From a virus: DNA of 64,000 bases. This document shows, in pieces, positions 18,099 through 28,524 of the stretch (positions within the stretch are counted from its first letter, which is position 1; each line of letters starts with the position of its first letter). The stretch spans positions 1 to 64,000 of IMG/VR virus record IMGVR_UViG_3300031962_000001. One strand, written 5' to 3'. The translations under genes and the position numbers were made by a program. The notes below the pieces were generated by a model. It was not told the origin of the DNA, did not search any database, and was given only the letters and a program-made list of their open reading frames with translations.

Positions 18099-18809
18099 AT
18101 GGAAGTAGAACGTGAACGTTTCGCAGCAGAAGTGGTTGGTAAGACAGCAAATAATAAAGCAATCGTTGGGCCGGAGCACAAGGTAGGACCGACGGAGAAG
18201 TTCGAGTTCGGGGTTCCAGGTGATGAGATAGCCAAGGTGATCGGCGGAGGCTATCAGAGTCTGTGGAATCCAGACTTCTTGCAGAAGGAGCTGGGCAAGG
18301 ATGGCACCTGCGCTCGGTTCTTCTTTGACAAGAAAGTGGTACTAGATGTGGGAGATCCAGACTCCAGTATCGTAAAGATGAAGCGGAGACTCTGCTTCAA
18401 GAATGGATTTGGATATCTCTGTGTGCCAGTGGGTTTCCAGAAGAACGAAGAAAAACTCAGGGAGCTGTACCAGTCGTCTCTGGAAGAGTATCGCCAATAC
18501 GAAAAGCTACATCCACGTCCAGCCATGATTCAGGAAACCGTTTTCACTGACGAGAAGGGCAACATTCGCAGAGCGTTCCTTACGGCCATTGACATCAAGG
18601 TCGGTGGCGGTATGACCGGAAATGTGGAGACACAGAGGCGCGAGCTTATGGAAGCCGAGAAGCTTTCCAAGAAAGAGCTGCGTTCTCTGAAAAACAATGC
18701 CAAGCTGCGCCGCAAGGTACGCGAGTGCCTGCAATCCGGCGCTCCGTTCAGGAATCCATTCATCGCTCCAGACAAGCGCCAGTTCAACGTGCAATATGGA
18801 GAGAAATGA
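18099..18809 (+). CDS. hypothetical protein
   Basis: Strong RBS GAGGAGG; 236-aa ORF. Confidence 0.65.
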   Translation: MEVERERFAAEVVGKTANNKAIVGPEHKVGPTEKFEFGVPGDEIAKVIGGGYQSLWNPDFLQKELGKDGTCARFFFDKKVVLDVGDPDSSIVKMKRRLCFKNGFGYLCVPVGFQKNEEKLRELYQSSLEEYRQYEKLHPRPAMIQETVFTDEKGNIRRAFLTAIDIKVGGGMTGNVETQRRELMEAEKLSKKELRSLKNNAKLRRKVRECLQSGAPFRNPFIAPDKRQFNVQYGEK

Positions 18810-18815
18810 GGAACT

Positions 18816-19547
18816 ATGGACCTGAGGGTCTCCGCCAAAACTTGCCCGATATGTGCGCACTTCACAACGTACACTCCAATAGATGAGGAGTACCATCGCT
18901 GTCCAAACTGCGGGATGATCCGTACGAAATATAATTATGACGCTTCACAGTACGGAGCAGGCTACGCCAAGAACTACTTAGACTACACCAACAGTCCGTG
19001 CAACCAATCTCTCAATCTGTTCAGGCTTGGACTGGTTTCCAGGTGGCTTCTTAAGGGCTCTAGCATTCTGGATATCGGGTGCTGCGTCGGTGAGTTCATA
19101 CGCTTCGCAGAGCCTTACTACGCCTGCTCTGGATTCGAGCCGAATGAAATAGCGGCAAGAACTGCTTCTATGAGGGTCAAGTCTCCAGTTGCATCGTACT
19201 TGAATGGACTTGGCCCCTCCTTCGATTGCATCACTATGTTCGATGTCATCGAGCACATCGAAGAACCATCAGACCTACTAAAACATTGCATAGCCATGCT
19301 GTTCAGCAATGGTATTATCGCAATCACTACTCCAGATGTTAGCGTAGTTCCAGAGCGTGACACGCTCCTTCGCAGCTGGAAGCATTGGAAGCCTAAAGAG
19401 CACCTCTACCTGTACACTTCTGACAGCTTGAAGGTCCTATTCGGGAATCTAGGCTTTGAGATTGTGCATCTAGGAAGAGAAGAGAGCCGTATCAGACCAG
19501 GAAATACGGATGGTGACTTGTTGACATGCGTGGCGAGGCGTCGATGA
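18816..19547 (+). CDS. class I SAM-dependent methyltransferase with N-terminal zinc ribbon
   Basis: CPIC...CPNC; ILDIGCCVGEF; FDCITMFDVIEH; ITTPD; HLYLY. Confidence 0.85.
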   Translation: MDLRVSAKTCPICAHFTTYTPIDEEYHRCPNCGMIRTKYNYDASQYGAGYAKNYLDYTNSPCNQSLNLFRLGLVSRWLLKGSSILDIGCCVGEFIRFAEPYYACSGFEPNEIAARTASMRVKSPVASYLNGLGPSFDCITMFDVIEHIEEPSDLLKHCIAMLFSNGIIAITTPDVSVVPERDTLLRSWKHWKPKEHLYLYTSDSLKVLFGNLGFEIVHLGREESRIRPGNTDGDLLTCVARRR

Positions 19548-20104
19548 TTCCCAAAATCACAGAAAGAATAATGGACCAGAGACCAGCCGAATATCGCGCA
19601 TGGACGGCTCTTTGCATGGGGATGGGAGTGCAGAGATATGTAGAGCTGGGCATGGGAGGTGGGGGAGCGGCAAACTACATGAAGAATGCTGGAGTTCCAC
19701 GAATAGCTGTCGTTGAACTCCTGCACACCAGAAGCGAACCGAACGTAGTTCTGCGAAAAGACATAGGCTACATCAGTGGGAACAGCTATAGCGAATCTGC
19801 CGTCATAGAAGCTATAGCTTATCTTGAAGATTCTCCTGATGTGGTCTTTGTAGACGCTGACCATTCGGAGTACGCTGTTCGTAGAGACTTCGAAGTGTGG
19901 TGGCCAGTATGCAAGATGATGATCGCCTTCCATGATATATTCATGCCGACGATAACACCTGTATGGAATGAACTCAGTCTGAAGATCAGTTCTGTACAGA
20001 TAGTGGGAAGAGACTACGAATCTGCGAGCATCTGGCAAGACAGAGCTCCACTGGATGGGACCTTGCCGTCTTGTGGCGGCATAGGTGTTCTGTTCAAGGA
20101 GTAG
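19544..20104 (+). CDS. methyltransferase (Methyltransf_24-like)
   Basis: YVELGMGGGG, DVVFVDADHSE, IAFHDI; ATGA-coupled to the upstream gene. Confidence 0.75.
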   Translation: MIPKITERIMDQRPAEYRAWTALCMGMGVQRYVELGMGGGGAANYMKNAGVPRIAVVELLHTRSEPNVVLRKDIGYISGNSYSESAVIEAIAYLEDSPDVVFVDADHSEYAVRRDFEVWWPVCKMMIAFHDIFMPTITPVWNELSLKISSVQIVGRDYESASIWQDRAPLDGTLPSCGGIGVLFKE

Positions 20105-20107
20105 CAG

Positions 20108-20707
20108 ATGAGGCTGCCAGACTTCTCAGAATATCTAGTGGGGGACAAGCTACTGAAGGAAGAAGAGGACTGGTCTGAAACCAAGCATTACGAGAAATAC
20201 GCAGAGATCATAATGACCGCTACAAAGCTGTTCGATCTTGGGAAGTCGTTTACGCTACTGGAGCTAGGCTGTGGAAGTGGTTGGGTTCCAACCATGCTTG
20301 ACAACTCTATAACCTATTTTGGCGTGGACAAAAATGAGGCTCTTCTGGAGATGGCTAGAAAGAAGAACAATGACGAGAGAATCTTCTTTCGTCAAGATAT
20401 CAGAAAATTCAAGATGTCTCCTAGAGCTGATGTAGTGTGCTCCTTCGCAGTATTGAAACACTTTGGTTTAGACGAGTGGGAGGACATATTCAGAAGAATG
20501 CTACGTATGGGCAGATACGGAGCGTTTAGCATTCAAGTCACGTATAAGAAGGAGCCGTTTGATGATGGTATAGACTATCATCATGTTTGGGTAACAGAGG
20601 ACATGATAGAAAACTGCGCTCTAGCTGAAGGGAAGTTTATAAGGCTGATTCAGAGCATCCCGAGATCTGGCTTCGATAGGTTCTTTTTCATAGGAGGAAA
20701 AGGATGA
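20108..20707 (+). CDS. class I SAM-dependent methyltransferase
   Basis: LLELGCGSG, YFGVDKNEALLEMA, DVVCSFAVLKH. Confidence 0.8.
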   Translation: MRLPDFSEYLVGDKLLKEEEDWSETKHYEKYAEIIMTATKLFDLGKSFTLLELGCGSGWVPTMLDNSITYFGVDKNEALLEMARKKNNDERIFFRQDIRKFKMSPRADVVCSFAVLKHFGLDEWEDIFRRMLRMGRYGAFSIQVTYKKEPFDDGIDYHHVWVTEDMIENCALAEGKFIRLIQSIPRSGFDRFFFIGGKG

Positions 20708-21636
20708 ACGTCGGCGTAGTATTCGCTAGCACAGGCGGCAACAAACTTGTTCGTTCTATTCGGTCTCTGAGGAAGACAGAGCCCAATATTCTAATCCATG
20801 TGGTACTGGATGTAATGAGTGGGACGTGGCGGCAATCTAACGACAGCGTCAAAGTACTGGATTGGCTAGAGGTTCAACCAAATGTTCTGGTAGACTTCTA
20901 TGAAGACAACACAAATCACTGGATCAATGGGACTCTTAATGCTTGCATGAGATTCATTAAAGCGCAAGGATACAGTCATGCTTGCATGTTCCATGACGAT
21001 CTGGTGTTTTCTCCTCTGCCGGAGAACTGGAAGCATGTCTCTGGATGGTTCATGCTGATGGAAGAGGACGAAAGGCTCAGAGAAGCTTCTGGCATTAGCT
21101 TCAGCTTGATGGAGTCGTTCTATCCGGGACCCGGTTCTGTAGAAGGCCATGAAGGAATCTGGCATCGCGCTCCAGCAGAATGGGATACAATGGATCTGGA
21201 GTCTGTAGACATCTGGGACAAGCTGCTTCCCGATGGCAGGACTGTGGGATATTTCGGTGAGGATGGTATACCAGTTGGTAGAGTGCAACTAGACGGCTGG
21301 TTTGTGCATTGCTATTGCGCGTCAGACATACGCAAATTCACTAGGCTCGGTCCTACAGGCAGCATCGTTCCTATAAAGACATGGGAAGAAGTCGGTGGCT
21401 TCGATGAGAAGGAAGGACTGGTCTATGACATGGAATATCCTGTCAGATGCGTTCTGAAAGGACTGCCTCCTGTCTATGTCATCCCGAACACGCCGCATCT
21501 GCATCTGCACAATCAGAGTATCGCCTTCGCAGATCCAGCCGTGGGAACTTGGGGAAATTGCCTGCAATCGTTTATCAACCACTATGGCAAAGAGCCCGGA
21601 CAAATTTGGGCAGAACTGGGGTATCCGAAATACTGA
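20704..21636 (+). CDS. GT-A (GT2-like) glycosyltransferase
   Basis: LVRSIRSL, NGTLNACM, MFHDDLVF, EEVGGFDE, DMEYPVR, HLH. Confidence 0.7.
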   Translation: MNVGVVFASTGGNKLVRSIRSLRKTEPNILIHVVLDVMSGTWRQSNDSVKVLDWLEVQPNVLVDFYEDNTNHWINGTLNACMRFIKAQGYSHACMFHDDLVFSPLPENWKHVSGWFMLMEEDERLREASGISFSLMESFYPGPGSVEGHEGIWHRAPAEWDTMDLESVDIWDKLLPDGRTVGYFGEDGIPVGRVQLDGWFVHCYCASDIRKFTRLGPTGSIVPIKTWEEVGGFDEKEGLVYDMEYPVRCVLKGLPPVYVIPNTPHLHLHNQSIAFADPAVGTWGNCLQSFINHYGKEPGQIWAELGYPKY

Positions 21637-21637
21637 T

Positions 21638-22519
21638 ATGAAGATTCTTTGGATAGCGAAGCATGACAAGCCTGATAGTGATCACCAATGCGACCACCTG
21701 TTCCACGGATTGCGCACCATATTGGGGCCAGACATCGTAGACGTCGTACGCGCAGACAGAGCCTACACCAGTTCATTCGGAGAAGGAAAACTGTTTCCAC
21801 TGAGTGAGCTTTCATTCACGTTCGGTGGCTTGCTGCCAGACATCGAAGTAGACAGAGAGGATATTCCACACAAGATAAAGAGCTGCTACTTTGATTACGT
21901 CTTCTACGGCTCTATCCATCGAGACAAATCATATTTGCCTGAAGTGCTTAGCACATATATTCCTTCAAGAATAGTTTTCATAGATGGCGAAGATGATCAG
22001 TTTTTTGCGCCTCAGTTGGGCCAAGGCTTCTACTTCAAGCGTGAGCTTGCGGCTCCTGAGCCAAGAGCTTTTCCAATTCAATTCGCCATCCCAAAGGAAA
22101 AGATAGTAAGAGACATCCCGTCTAAAAAATATTTGATGTGCCCAGCCTCTCCCTCTGCGATGGACTCCTCGGGCGTTCGTATCTTCACTGACGAGTCGAA
22201 GTATTACAGACTATACGGGCAAAGTTACTTTGCAGAAACTAAAAAGAAAGGTGGATGGGACTGCCTGCGACACTATGAAATCATAGCGGCTGGATCTCTG
22301 CCATATTTCAAAGAACTGGAAAATTGCCCAGCTACGACCATGACGCTGCTTCCCAAGAAAGAACTTTTGGTAGCCAGAGATCTGTGTGATGACTGGGCCG
22401 TGCTCTCATCCAAAGAGCATATGTGGGATAATCTAGCGTCTAGAGTACGTGGAATTCTAGAGGAGCATTTGACCACGGAAGCTCTAGCGAAGCGCGTCTT
22501 AGACACGGTGACAAAATGA
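21638..22519 (+). CDS. putative glycosyltransferase
   Basis: FIDGED, FYFKREL, KKGGWDCLRHYEIIAAGSLPYF motif of viral GT-like proteins; ATG at 21638. Confidence 0.55.
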   Translation: MKILWIAKHDKPDSDHQCDHLFHGLRTILGPDIVDVVRADRAYTSSFGEGKLFPLSELSFTFGGLLPDIEVDREDIPHKIKSCYFDYVFYGSIHRDKSYLPEVLSTYIPSRIVFIDGEDDQFFAPQLGQGFYFKRELAAPEPRAFPIQFAIPKEKIVRDIPSKKYLMCPASPSAMDSSGVRIFTDESKYYRLYGQSYFAETKKKGGWDCLRHYEIIAAGSLPYFKELENCPATTMTLLPKKELLVARDLCDDWAVLSSKEHMWDNLASRVRGILEEHLTTEALAKRVLDTVTK

Positions 22520-23049
22520 ATATCGAAAACGCACTGAAGATTGAGGGAGCCATGGATCCTCCAGAGCTAGAATGGCTAGCTGAGCAGGCTGCCAAGCATA
22601 GGAGGATAGTAGAAATAGGTTCTTGGCAAGGCCGCTCTACGATGGTTCTTGCAGACAACGTAGATGGTATCGTGTTCGCAGTAGACCACTGGAGGGGTAG
22701 CGAAGAGCATCAGGAGATGCTGAAAGACAAGCCAAAGAATTACATATACGATATCTTCCGTAGGAATATGAGGCACCATCTAGAATCTGCGACTGTGTGT
22801 ATGTTGCGCATGTCGTCTATGGAAGCAGCCGAGAAAATGAAGGGCCATCCGGTAGACATGGTCTTCATAGACGCTTCTCACGACACAGACAGCGTTATAG
22901 CAGATATCACAGCTTGGAAATCTCTTATCATCACTGGCGGATTGTTGTGCGGTCACGATTATGGATATCCTCCGGTAGCTAAGGCAGTGCATGATTGTCT
23001 CAGGAACGTGTCGTCTAGCGGCTCTATCTGGTTCACGGAGATAGAATGA
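22516..23049 (+). CDS. methyltransferase (Methyltransf_24-like)
   Basis: IVEIGSWQGRST, AVDHW, DMVFIDASH, GGLLCGHDY. Confidence 0.85.
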   Translation: MNIENALKIEGAMDPPELEWLAEQAAKHRRIVEIGSWQGRSTMVLADNVDGIVFAVDHWRGSEEHQEMLKDKPKNYIYDIFRRNMRHHLESATVCMLRMSSMEAAEKMKGHPVDMVFIDASHDTDSVIADITAWKSLIITGGLLCGHDYGYPPVAKAVHDCLRNVSSSGSIWFTEIE

Positions 23050-24044
23050 AAACTTTGGTCACTGGCGGGGCTGGCTTCATTGGCAGTCACATTGTAGATT
23101 GTCTTGTAGAGCGAGGACACGACGTCACGGTCATAGACGATCTTTCTGGAGGGTTCGCAGAAAACGTGAATCCTAAAGTTAGATTCTTGGAAGGGTCTGT
23201 GGTTCATGCGCATGTCGTAGAGAGACTATTCGCCACGTGGAAGTTTGACTACGTCTTTCACACTGCCGCGTATGCCGCTGAGGGATTGAGCCATTTCATA
23301 CGTCGTTACAACTACATGACGAATTTGATCGGCTCTGTGAATTTGATAAATGAGGCTGTGAAGCATAGCATCAAATGCTTCGTGTTCACTTCCAGCATCG
23401 CAGTCTATGGAGCTGGACAACTTCCCATGACTGAGGAAATGATACCCCAACCAGAAGATCCATATGGCATTTCCAAATACGCTGTGGAACTTGATCTAGA
23501 AGCGGCGCACAAGATGTTCGGACTCAACTACATCATCTTCAGGCCTCACAATGTCTACGGCGAACGGCAGAATATCGGAGATCCATACCGCAATGTAGTG
23601 GGAATCTTCATGAACCAGCTTCTTCAAGACAAGCCCCTGACGATATTCGGAGATGGTGAACAGACTAGAGCGTTTACGCACATCTCCGATGTGGCGCCGA
23701 TAATCGCCAGTTCTATCTCCAACGAAGACGCATACAACCAGACTTTCAACATAGGCGCAGACACAGTTTCAACAGTGAACGAGCTAGCGAAACAGGTACA
23801 GATAGCGATGGGAATGTATGCCCATAACGTAGTTCATCTGGTTCCCAGAAATGAAGTGGTCCATGTGTTCAGTGATCACAGCAACATTGTGAAAATATTC
23901 AACCCTAAACCGCCAGTGAAGCTGGTTGGCGGACTGCTCATGATGGCAGAATGGGTCAAGAAGCATGGAGCAAGACAAGGGAAGAAATTTAGTAGTATAG
24001 AAATCGAAAAGAACATGCCGGGTTCTTGGAGGAAGATGCAATGA
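23046..24044 (+). CDS. NAD-dependent nucleotide-sugar epimerase/dehydratase (extended SDR)
   Basis: LVTGGAGFIGSH, SSIAVYG, PYGISK, RPHNVYG, GDGEQTRAF. Confidence 0.92.
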   Translation: MKTLVTGGAGFIGSHIVDCLVERGHDVTVIDDLSGGFAENVNPKVRFLEGSVVHAHVVERLFATWKFDYVFHTAAYAAEGLSHFIRRYNYMTNLIGSVNLINEAVKHSIKCFVFTSSIAVYGAGQLPMTEEMIPQPEDPYGISKYAVELDLEAAHKMFGLNYIIFRPHNVYGERQNIGDPYRNVVGIFMNQLLQDKPLTIFGDGEQTRAFTHISDVAPIIASSISNEDAYNQTFNIGADTVSTVNELAKQVQIAMGMYAHNVVHLVPRNEVVHVFSDHSNIVKIFNPKPPVKLVGGLLMMAEWVKKHGARQGKKFSSIEIEKNMPGSWRKMQ

Positions 24045-24718
24045 TAGACTATCTGGAAGGAGCAGCGGAGAATTGCATATTTCGTGGCGAGCTAGTAGAA
24101 TATGCGAGGAGGATCAGAGAGAGATATCCAAAATCAATCTATGATCACAGACCGTATTTGCCTAAGCTAGATCCCGCACGAGCAGAGTGGATGATGACAG
24201 AGCAGTTCCGTGTTGGCTACGCTTGTTTCAAAAGAGAAGTAGCAAAGGTTCTGGCTCCCAAAAACATAGTAGAAATCGGCGTCGGTCTAGGAGTCAGCGC
24301 TCTAGCTTTTATGGATGGCTGTCCAACCGCTCACTACTCTGGAATAGACAACAATCTGGAGAGCGGCAAAGATTTTCCGGTAATCCCTACCGAGTTCGTG
24401 TCCGAGCGCCTTCGCATAGCTGGATACACAGACTACAACATCATCGTGGAGGACAGCAAGAATATAAAATTCCTGCCGAAAGTGGATTTGGTCCACGTAG
24501 ATGGAGACCACGACTATGCCACTGCTATAAATGACGTCCTTCTGGCTTGGACCAGCAATTCTCCTTGGATACTCGTGGACGATTGCAGGGATTCTACTGT
24601 GGCATCTGCCGTCATGTGGGTCATGCAACAGTATCACGCTGGCAGCACAGATTGGGCATATTTCGAAGACACTTGGACAGGCAGCATTCTAATTTGCAGG
24701 GAGAAGAGTAGGCCATGA
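24041..24718 (+). CDS. methyltransferase (Methyltransf_24-like)
   Basis: IVEIGVGLGVS, YSGID, DLVHVDGDHDY, ILVDD. Confidence 0.8.
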   Translation: MIDYLEGAAENCIFRGELVEYARRIRERYPKSIYDHRPYLPKLDPARAEWMMTEQFRVGYACFKREVAKVLAPKNIVEIGVGLGVSALAFMDGCPTAHYSGIDNNLESGKDFPVIPTEFVSERLRIAGYTDYNIIVEDSKNIKFLPKVDLVHVDGDHDYATAINDVLLAWTSNSPWILVDDCRDSTVASAVMWVMQQYHAGSTDWAYFEDTWTGSILICREKSRP

Positions 24719-25677
24719 AATTTCTGTTACCACAAGGAATCGGCGATTCTGTTTGGGCACTGCACAAGATCCAGTCTGTCAGCAATCATCTCGGCAATGG
24801 CGACGGCATCTTTGTCTATCTCAACTGTGTAGACCTGAATAGCCCTATCCAGCGCAGAGCCTTGGACTTTGTGAAAAGATTCAAATTCGTGAATGACGCT
24901 GACATGCTGGTCACACACATCCATGACTATTCTAACTACCATGATGAAGAGGGTCACTATATCTACATTCCGGATGGTTGGAGAACTATACACAATGGCG
25001 AAAATGTTTTCGCTTTAATGCCAAACGGTCCTCTAGAAAGAGGAGTCAGGCTCGAAGATTGGCTGCCAGAATATTCTGTGAACTGGGACGCTGCAAAGGA
25101 ATTTAGTTTTACGAACGAAGAGCTTGACTGGGCTGATGCCCTTTATCACAGAATAGGACCATATTGCACATTCTACCTTGGGCCTATGGATGGCAATCTA
25201 GTCAGCGGACACAATCGTGGAATGATCTGGACTCCACAGGACTGGCTGGCACTAGGACAATTCTGCCAAAACAAGCTGGGTCTGAGAGTCGTAGTATTGG
25301 GTGCAGACTACGACACTTCATATTACGACTCTATGGTGCTCCCGATCTTTGGCAGATATCTGCAACCAAGCTGGATCAATCTTATAGGCGAAACGGAAAT
25401 AGGAGCCACCTTCGCGATAGTTAAACGCTCCAGATTCACGATTTCCTACCAGTCTGGCATAGGAATTTTCTCTAGCTATCTAGGAGTGCCGACCGGCATC
25501 TTCTGGCGTGAGAAGGGCAACTCCATAAACTCTGCAGTCTATCTGTCCTTCGAAGAAGAGATGGCTTCAGCGTGGACGCGACCGGATATGCTGTCGTCTG
25601 GAAAGCATCTGCCGCTGATCTATGGCAGACATAATGTGGAATATATCTGTAACGAAATTGTGAAGAGAGGTTGGTAA
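24715..25677 (+). CDS. GT9/heptosyltransferase-like glycosyltransferase
   Basis: PQGIGDSVW, W.PQDW, VVVLGA.YD, INLIGET, SGIG..SSYLGVPT. Confidence 0.7.
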   Translation: MKFLLPQGIGDSVWALHKIQSVSNHLGNGDGIFVYLNCVDLNSPIQRRALDFVKRFKFVNDADMLVTHIHDYSNYHDEEGHYIYIPDGWRTIHNGENVFALMPNGPLERGVRLEDWLPEYSVNWDAAKEFSFTNEELDWADALYHRIGPYCTFYLGPMDGNLVSGHNRGMIWTPQDWLALGQFCQNKLGLRVVVLGADYDTSYYDSMVLPIFGRYLQPSWINLIGETEIGATFAIVKRSRFTISYQSGIGIFSSYLGVPTGIFWREKGNSINSAVYLSFEEEMASAWTRPDMLSSGKHLPLIYGRHNVEYICNEIVKRGW

Positions 25678-26558
25678 TGCTTAATTTCTACGTCCCTCCT
25701 GGTATAGGAGATTTTTCTGCTATGTATTGTAAACTCTGCAACCTTGACAGAGAAATGCGCATCATATCCTCAAGCGAATCTCCGCAGAGGCTTATACCAT
25801 TTTTAGAAATCTTGCCAAACGTGAAGCAGAGCAACTATGGACCGCATGGCGCTGATGCTTCTGTGAACGGGACTCTTTCGCCTGGAACAGATTTGGCTTC
25901 TCTGCCGGATGGTGACTATTTTCTGTCTATCAATCATTGGCTGGAAGGCGGCGGCAAAGTCAAAGACTGGATACCGGGAGAAACCAACTATCACTATGAA
26001 ATGAACAATTTCCAGTATGCCATGCAAGCCAGAAGGTTCTTAGATTCTCTCGAGACTGGAGCAGCTATCGTGGGAGTCTACTGTTCGGCATTTGGCAACT
26101 CACGACACTGGGGATTCTGGGATTACACTCTATGGCGCAAGTTCCTTGAGAAGGTGATAACTGTGCTTCCAGACAATACACACTTCCTTCTCATAGGCGC
26201 AGAGTACGATCTGTCCATATCTGACACCTTGCATGGCTGGATGCAGTCTATAGGCAAGAGCTCGCATCTGCTTCTTGGCGAATTCCATATTGGTGGTACG
26301 ATAGAGCTGATACGTCAGATGGACTACCTGTTTTCGTTTCCTTCTGGCCTGGGATTTCTGGCAGACGTGGTCAATACGCCGCACACGATGTGGTTTCCTG
26401 GAAATCTAGCGCCGATGATGGGGACATTTACAGACCCGGAAAATTACGAAAGTCAGCGTAGCTATCATGCTACGTTCAATAATCCAGATGGAGCATTCGA
26501 GCAGTTCAAGGCAGTAGGACTAAAATTCGTGGAGGAAGCATGTCGCAGCCACTCATGA
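25677..26558 (+). CDS. GT9-like glycosyltransferase (paralog)
   Basis: PPGIGD, W...W, LLIGAEYD, SGLGFLADVVNTP; similar to the upstream gene. Confidence 0.65.
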   Translation: MLNFYVPPGIGDFSAMYCKLCNLDREMRIISSSESPQRLIPFLEILPNVKQSNYGPHGADASVNGTLSPGTDLASLPDGDYFLSINHWLEGGGKVKDWIPGETNYHYEMNNFQYAMQARRFLDSLETGAAIVGVYCSAFGNSRHWGFWDYTLWRKFLEKVITVLPDNTHFLLIGAEYDLSISDTLHGWMQSIGKSSHLLLGEFHIGGTIELIRQMDYLFSFPSGLGFLADVVNTPHTMWFPGNLAPMMGTFTDPENYESQRSYHATFNNPDGAFEQFKAVGLKFVEEACRSHS

Positions 26559-27703
26559 AAGCACCAGAAATTGTAACCAATGAATTCAACCAGCGTGTCA
26601 GGGTCTATGACTGGGACGAGTATCAGTTCAGGATGTCCCTGAGGAAGCCTTGGGACGGCAAGGGAGATCTGAATGGGAAGCGCCTAGTCATCAAACACAC
26701 TTGGGGACTTGGAGACGTTCTATATTCCACGGCGGCTCTGCGTGGTTTGAAGGAAAAATTCCCGAAGTGTATCATTTCCTACATCAGTGGGTATCCTGAC
26801 ATGCTGGAAAACAATCCAGACGTGGACAACAACATCCACGCCGCTGATGCTCAAGGGACAGTGGAAATGACAGATAGCATTAAGGAAGATTGGTACTGGC
26901 TAGACTACGACGTGCCGATCAAAGGAGGCTACGACTACAAAATCCATCTTCGGACTAAGCCAGCTCTCAACGAATTTCTGGTTTCTTTGCTGCGAAAGGA
27001 CCCGAGCACGCTCGGCGGAGATGAAAGAGACTTCGTGAATCAAGCTTCCAGCTCTGTCATATCTCGCTATCGTATGATAGCTCTAGATATGTACTGTATG
27101 CACGCTCATGTAGACCCAGAAATGAAGAGCGTCTGGTACTATCCATACGATTACGAACTGGAGATGGCCAAGCGGTTCTTGGCTCCTATTAGAGAGAAAG
27201 GCTACAAGGTCATAACTCTGATGCCGCACTCCAGTACGAAATATAAGGACTATCCTCACTGGCGAGAAGTGATGAGGCTCTGTCCTCCAAACTGCTTCTG
27301 GCTGATACTGGACCATGTGCCCAGAAACGACGAAGTGTGGGCAGGTCCAAATATCTACAACGCATCTGGAGCATTCAAACTACGACAGTCCGCCGCTATC
27401 GTAATAGAAAGCGACCTCAACTGCTCTAGTGACACTGGTCTCCTGTATCCCAAGGCTGCTAGAGGAGGGAAATGTGTGGTGACCTACGGTCCACATGAGG
27501 GAGAGCCATTTCTTCACTACTTCCCGTCTGCTCATCCGTTGAGAGTCAAAAACGTGACCGGGCTTCTGTCAGAGCCATGCTGCTCTACTGGATGTTTCAT
27601 TGATACGGCAAGTTGTCATAAGGCTGGAGACTATCCTCCTTGTCTGTGGCAGCTAGAACCAAAGGTGGTAGCAGATAAAGTCATGGAGCTGCTTGAAAGG
27701 TAA
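26540..27703 (+). CDS. GT9 glycosyltransferase
   Basis: GLGDVLYSTAALRGLKEKFP, LENNPDVD, KDYPHW, SDTGLLY, VVTYGP, Cys-rich PPCL..LEP.VV end. Confidence 0.8.
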   Translation: MSQPLMKAPEIVTNEFNQRVRVYDWDEYQFRMSLRKPWDGKGDLNGKRLVIKHTWGLGDVLYSTAALRGLKEKFPKCIISYISGYPDMLENNPDVDNNIHAADAQGTVEMTDSIKEDWYWLDYDVPIKGGYDYKIHLRTKPALNEFLVSLLRKDPSTLGGDERDFVNQASSSVISRYRMIALDMYCMHAHVDPEMKSVWYYPYDYELEMAKRFLAPIREKGYKVITLMPHSSTKYKDYPHWREVMRLCPPNCFWLILDHVPRNDEVWAGPNIYNASGAFKLRQSAAIVIESDLNCSSDTGLLYPKAARGGKCVVTYGPHEGEPFLHYFPSAHPLRVKNVTGLLSEPCCSTGCFIDTASCHKAGDYPPCLWQLEPKVVADKVMELLER

Positions 27704-27723
27704 CTCTTACTGTAGGAGAGACG

Positions 27724-28521
27724 ATGTCACAGTACCCACAATCTTGGGGAATTCTGAAATGCAGAAATGAGCTGGACGACCAGTATAACAGCAAGACTGC
27801 GTTCAGGTTCAGCCCTCTTCAAGGTCCGGCTAACGGTACGAATCTGGTGTTCCAGATTCCTCAACAGAGGATAGTCACACCAGCTACGATCGATCCTGCG
27901 TCTGGACTTCCTACTGGTGGAAATTCCAGTCCGCCAGAAATAGGACCTCCCGTGATTCCTGGTCCACAGCTATACGTAGACGATACCCCACTCTTGTCTG
28001 GAACAGACTACAATCTCACCGACCCTCTGAATGGCATAATTACATTTACGAATACTGGAAAACAGCCAAATGCTGGAAACAAGTTTGACTGCACGTTCAA
28101 TTGGACATGGCTGACAGACCAAGAGCTGGACAGTCATCTTGGCCACTCTGCAAATGAAATAGGATTTCCTCTCTACCTTACTTCCTATGATCTGGCAATT
28201 CCTGGTGCGAGCCCAGTTCCTCATGGGTCTCAGCTTCCCTCTGATATTCCGGATGCACTATTTTCCGCTATCATCATGCTAGGTGCGGCATTCGCCGCTC
28301 GCGCATTATCGCTTAGATTTTCTACGAAATATGACACGAGCTCTGGAGATCAAAGTTTCAGTCCTTCACAGATGGCTAAGAGTTTCAGTGAACTTGCTGA
28401 TACTCTTGAAAAGCAGGGATACACGGCTCGTGACGATTACTGGAAAGGACAGAGTCGTCAATACTATCCGGCAGTTGCTCAGCAGGGATTCGTACTTCCC
28501 GTATGGACGCCCCCGAGGTGA
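27724..28521 (+). CDS. putative head-tail adaptor protein
   Basis: First gene of the neck cluster; WLTDQEL...AARAL...SGDQSFS...AKSF..LA pattern with an inserted beta domain. Confidence 0.55.
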   Translation: MSQYPQSWGILKCRNELDDQYNSKTAFRFSPLQGPANGTNLVFQIPQQRIVTPATIDPASGLPTGGNSSPPEIGPPVIPGPQLYVDDTPLLSGTDYNLTDPLNGIITFTNTGKQPNAGNKFDCTFNWTWLTDQELDSHLGHSANEIGFPLYLTSYDLAIPGASPVPHGSQLPSDIPDALFSAIIMLGAAFAARALSLRFSTKYDTSSGDQSFSPSQMAKSFSELADTLEKQGYTARDDYWKGQSRQYYPAVAQQGFVLPVWTPPR

Positions 28522-28524
28522 CAT

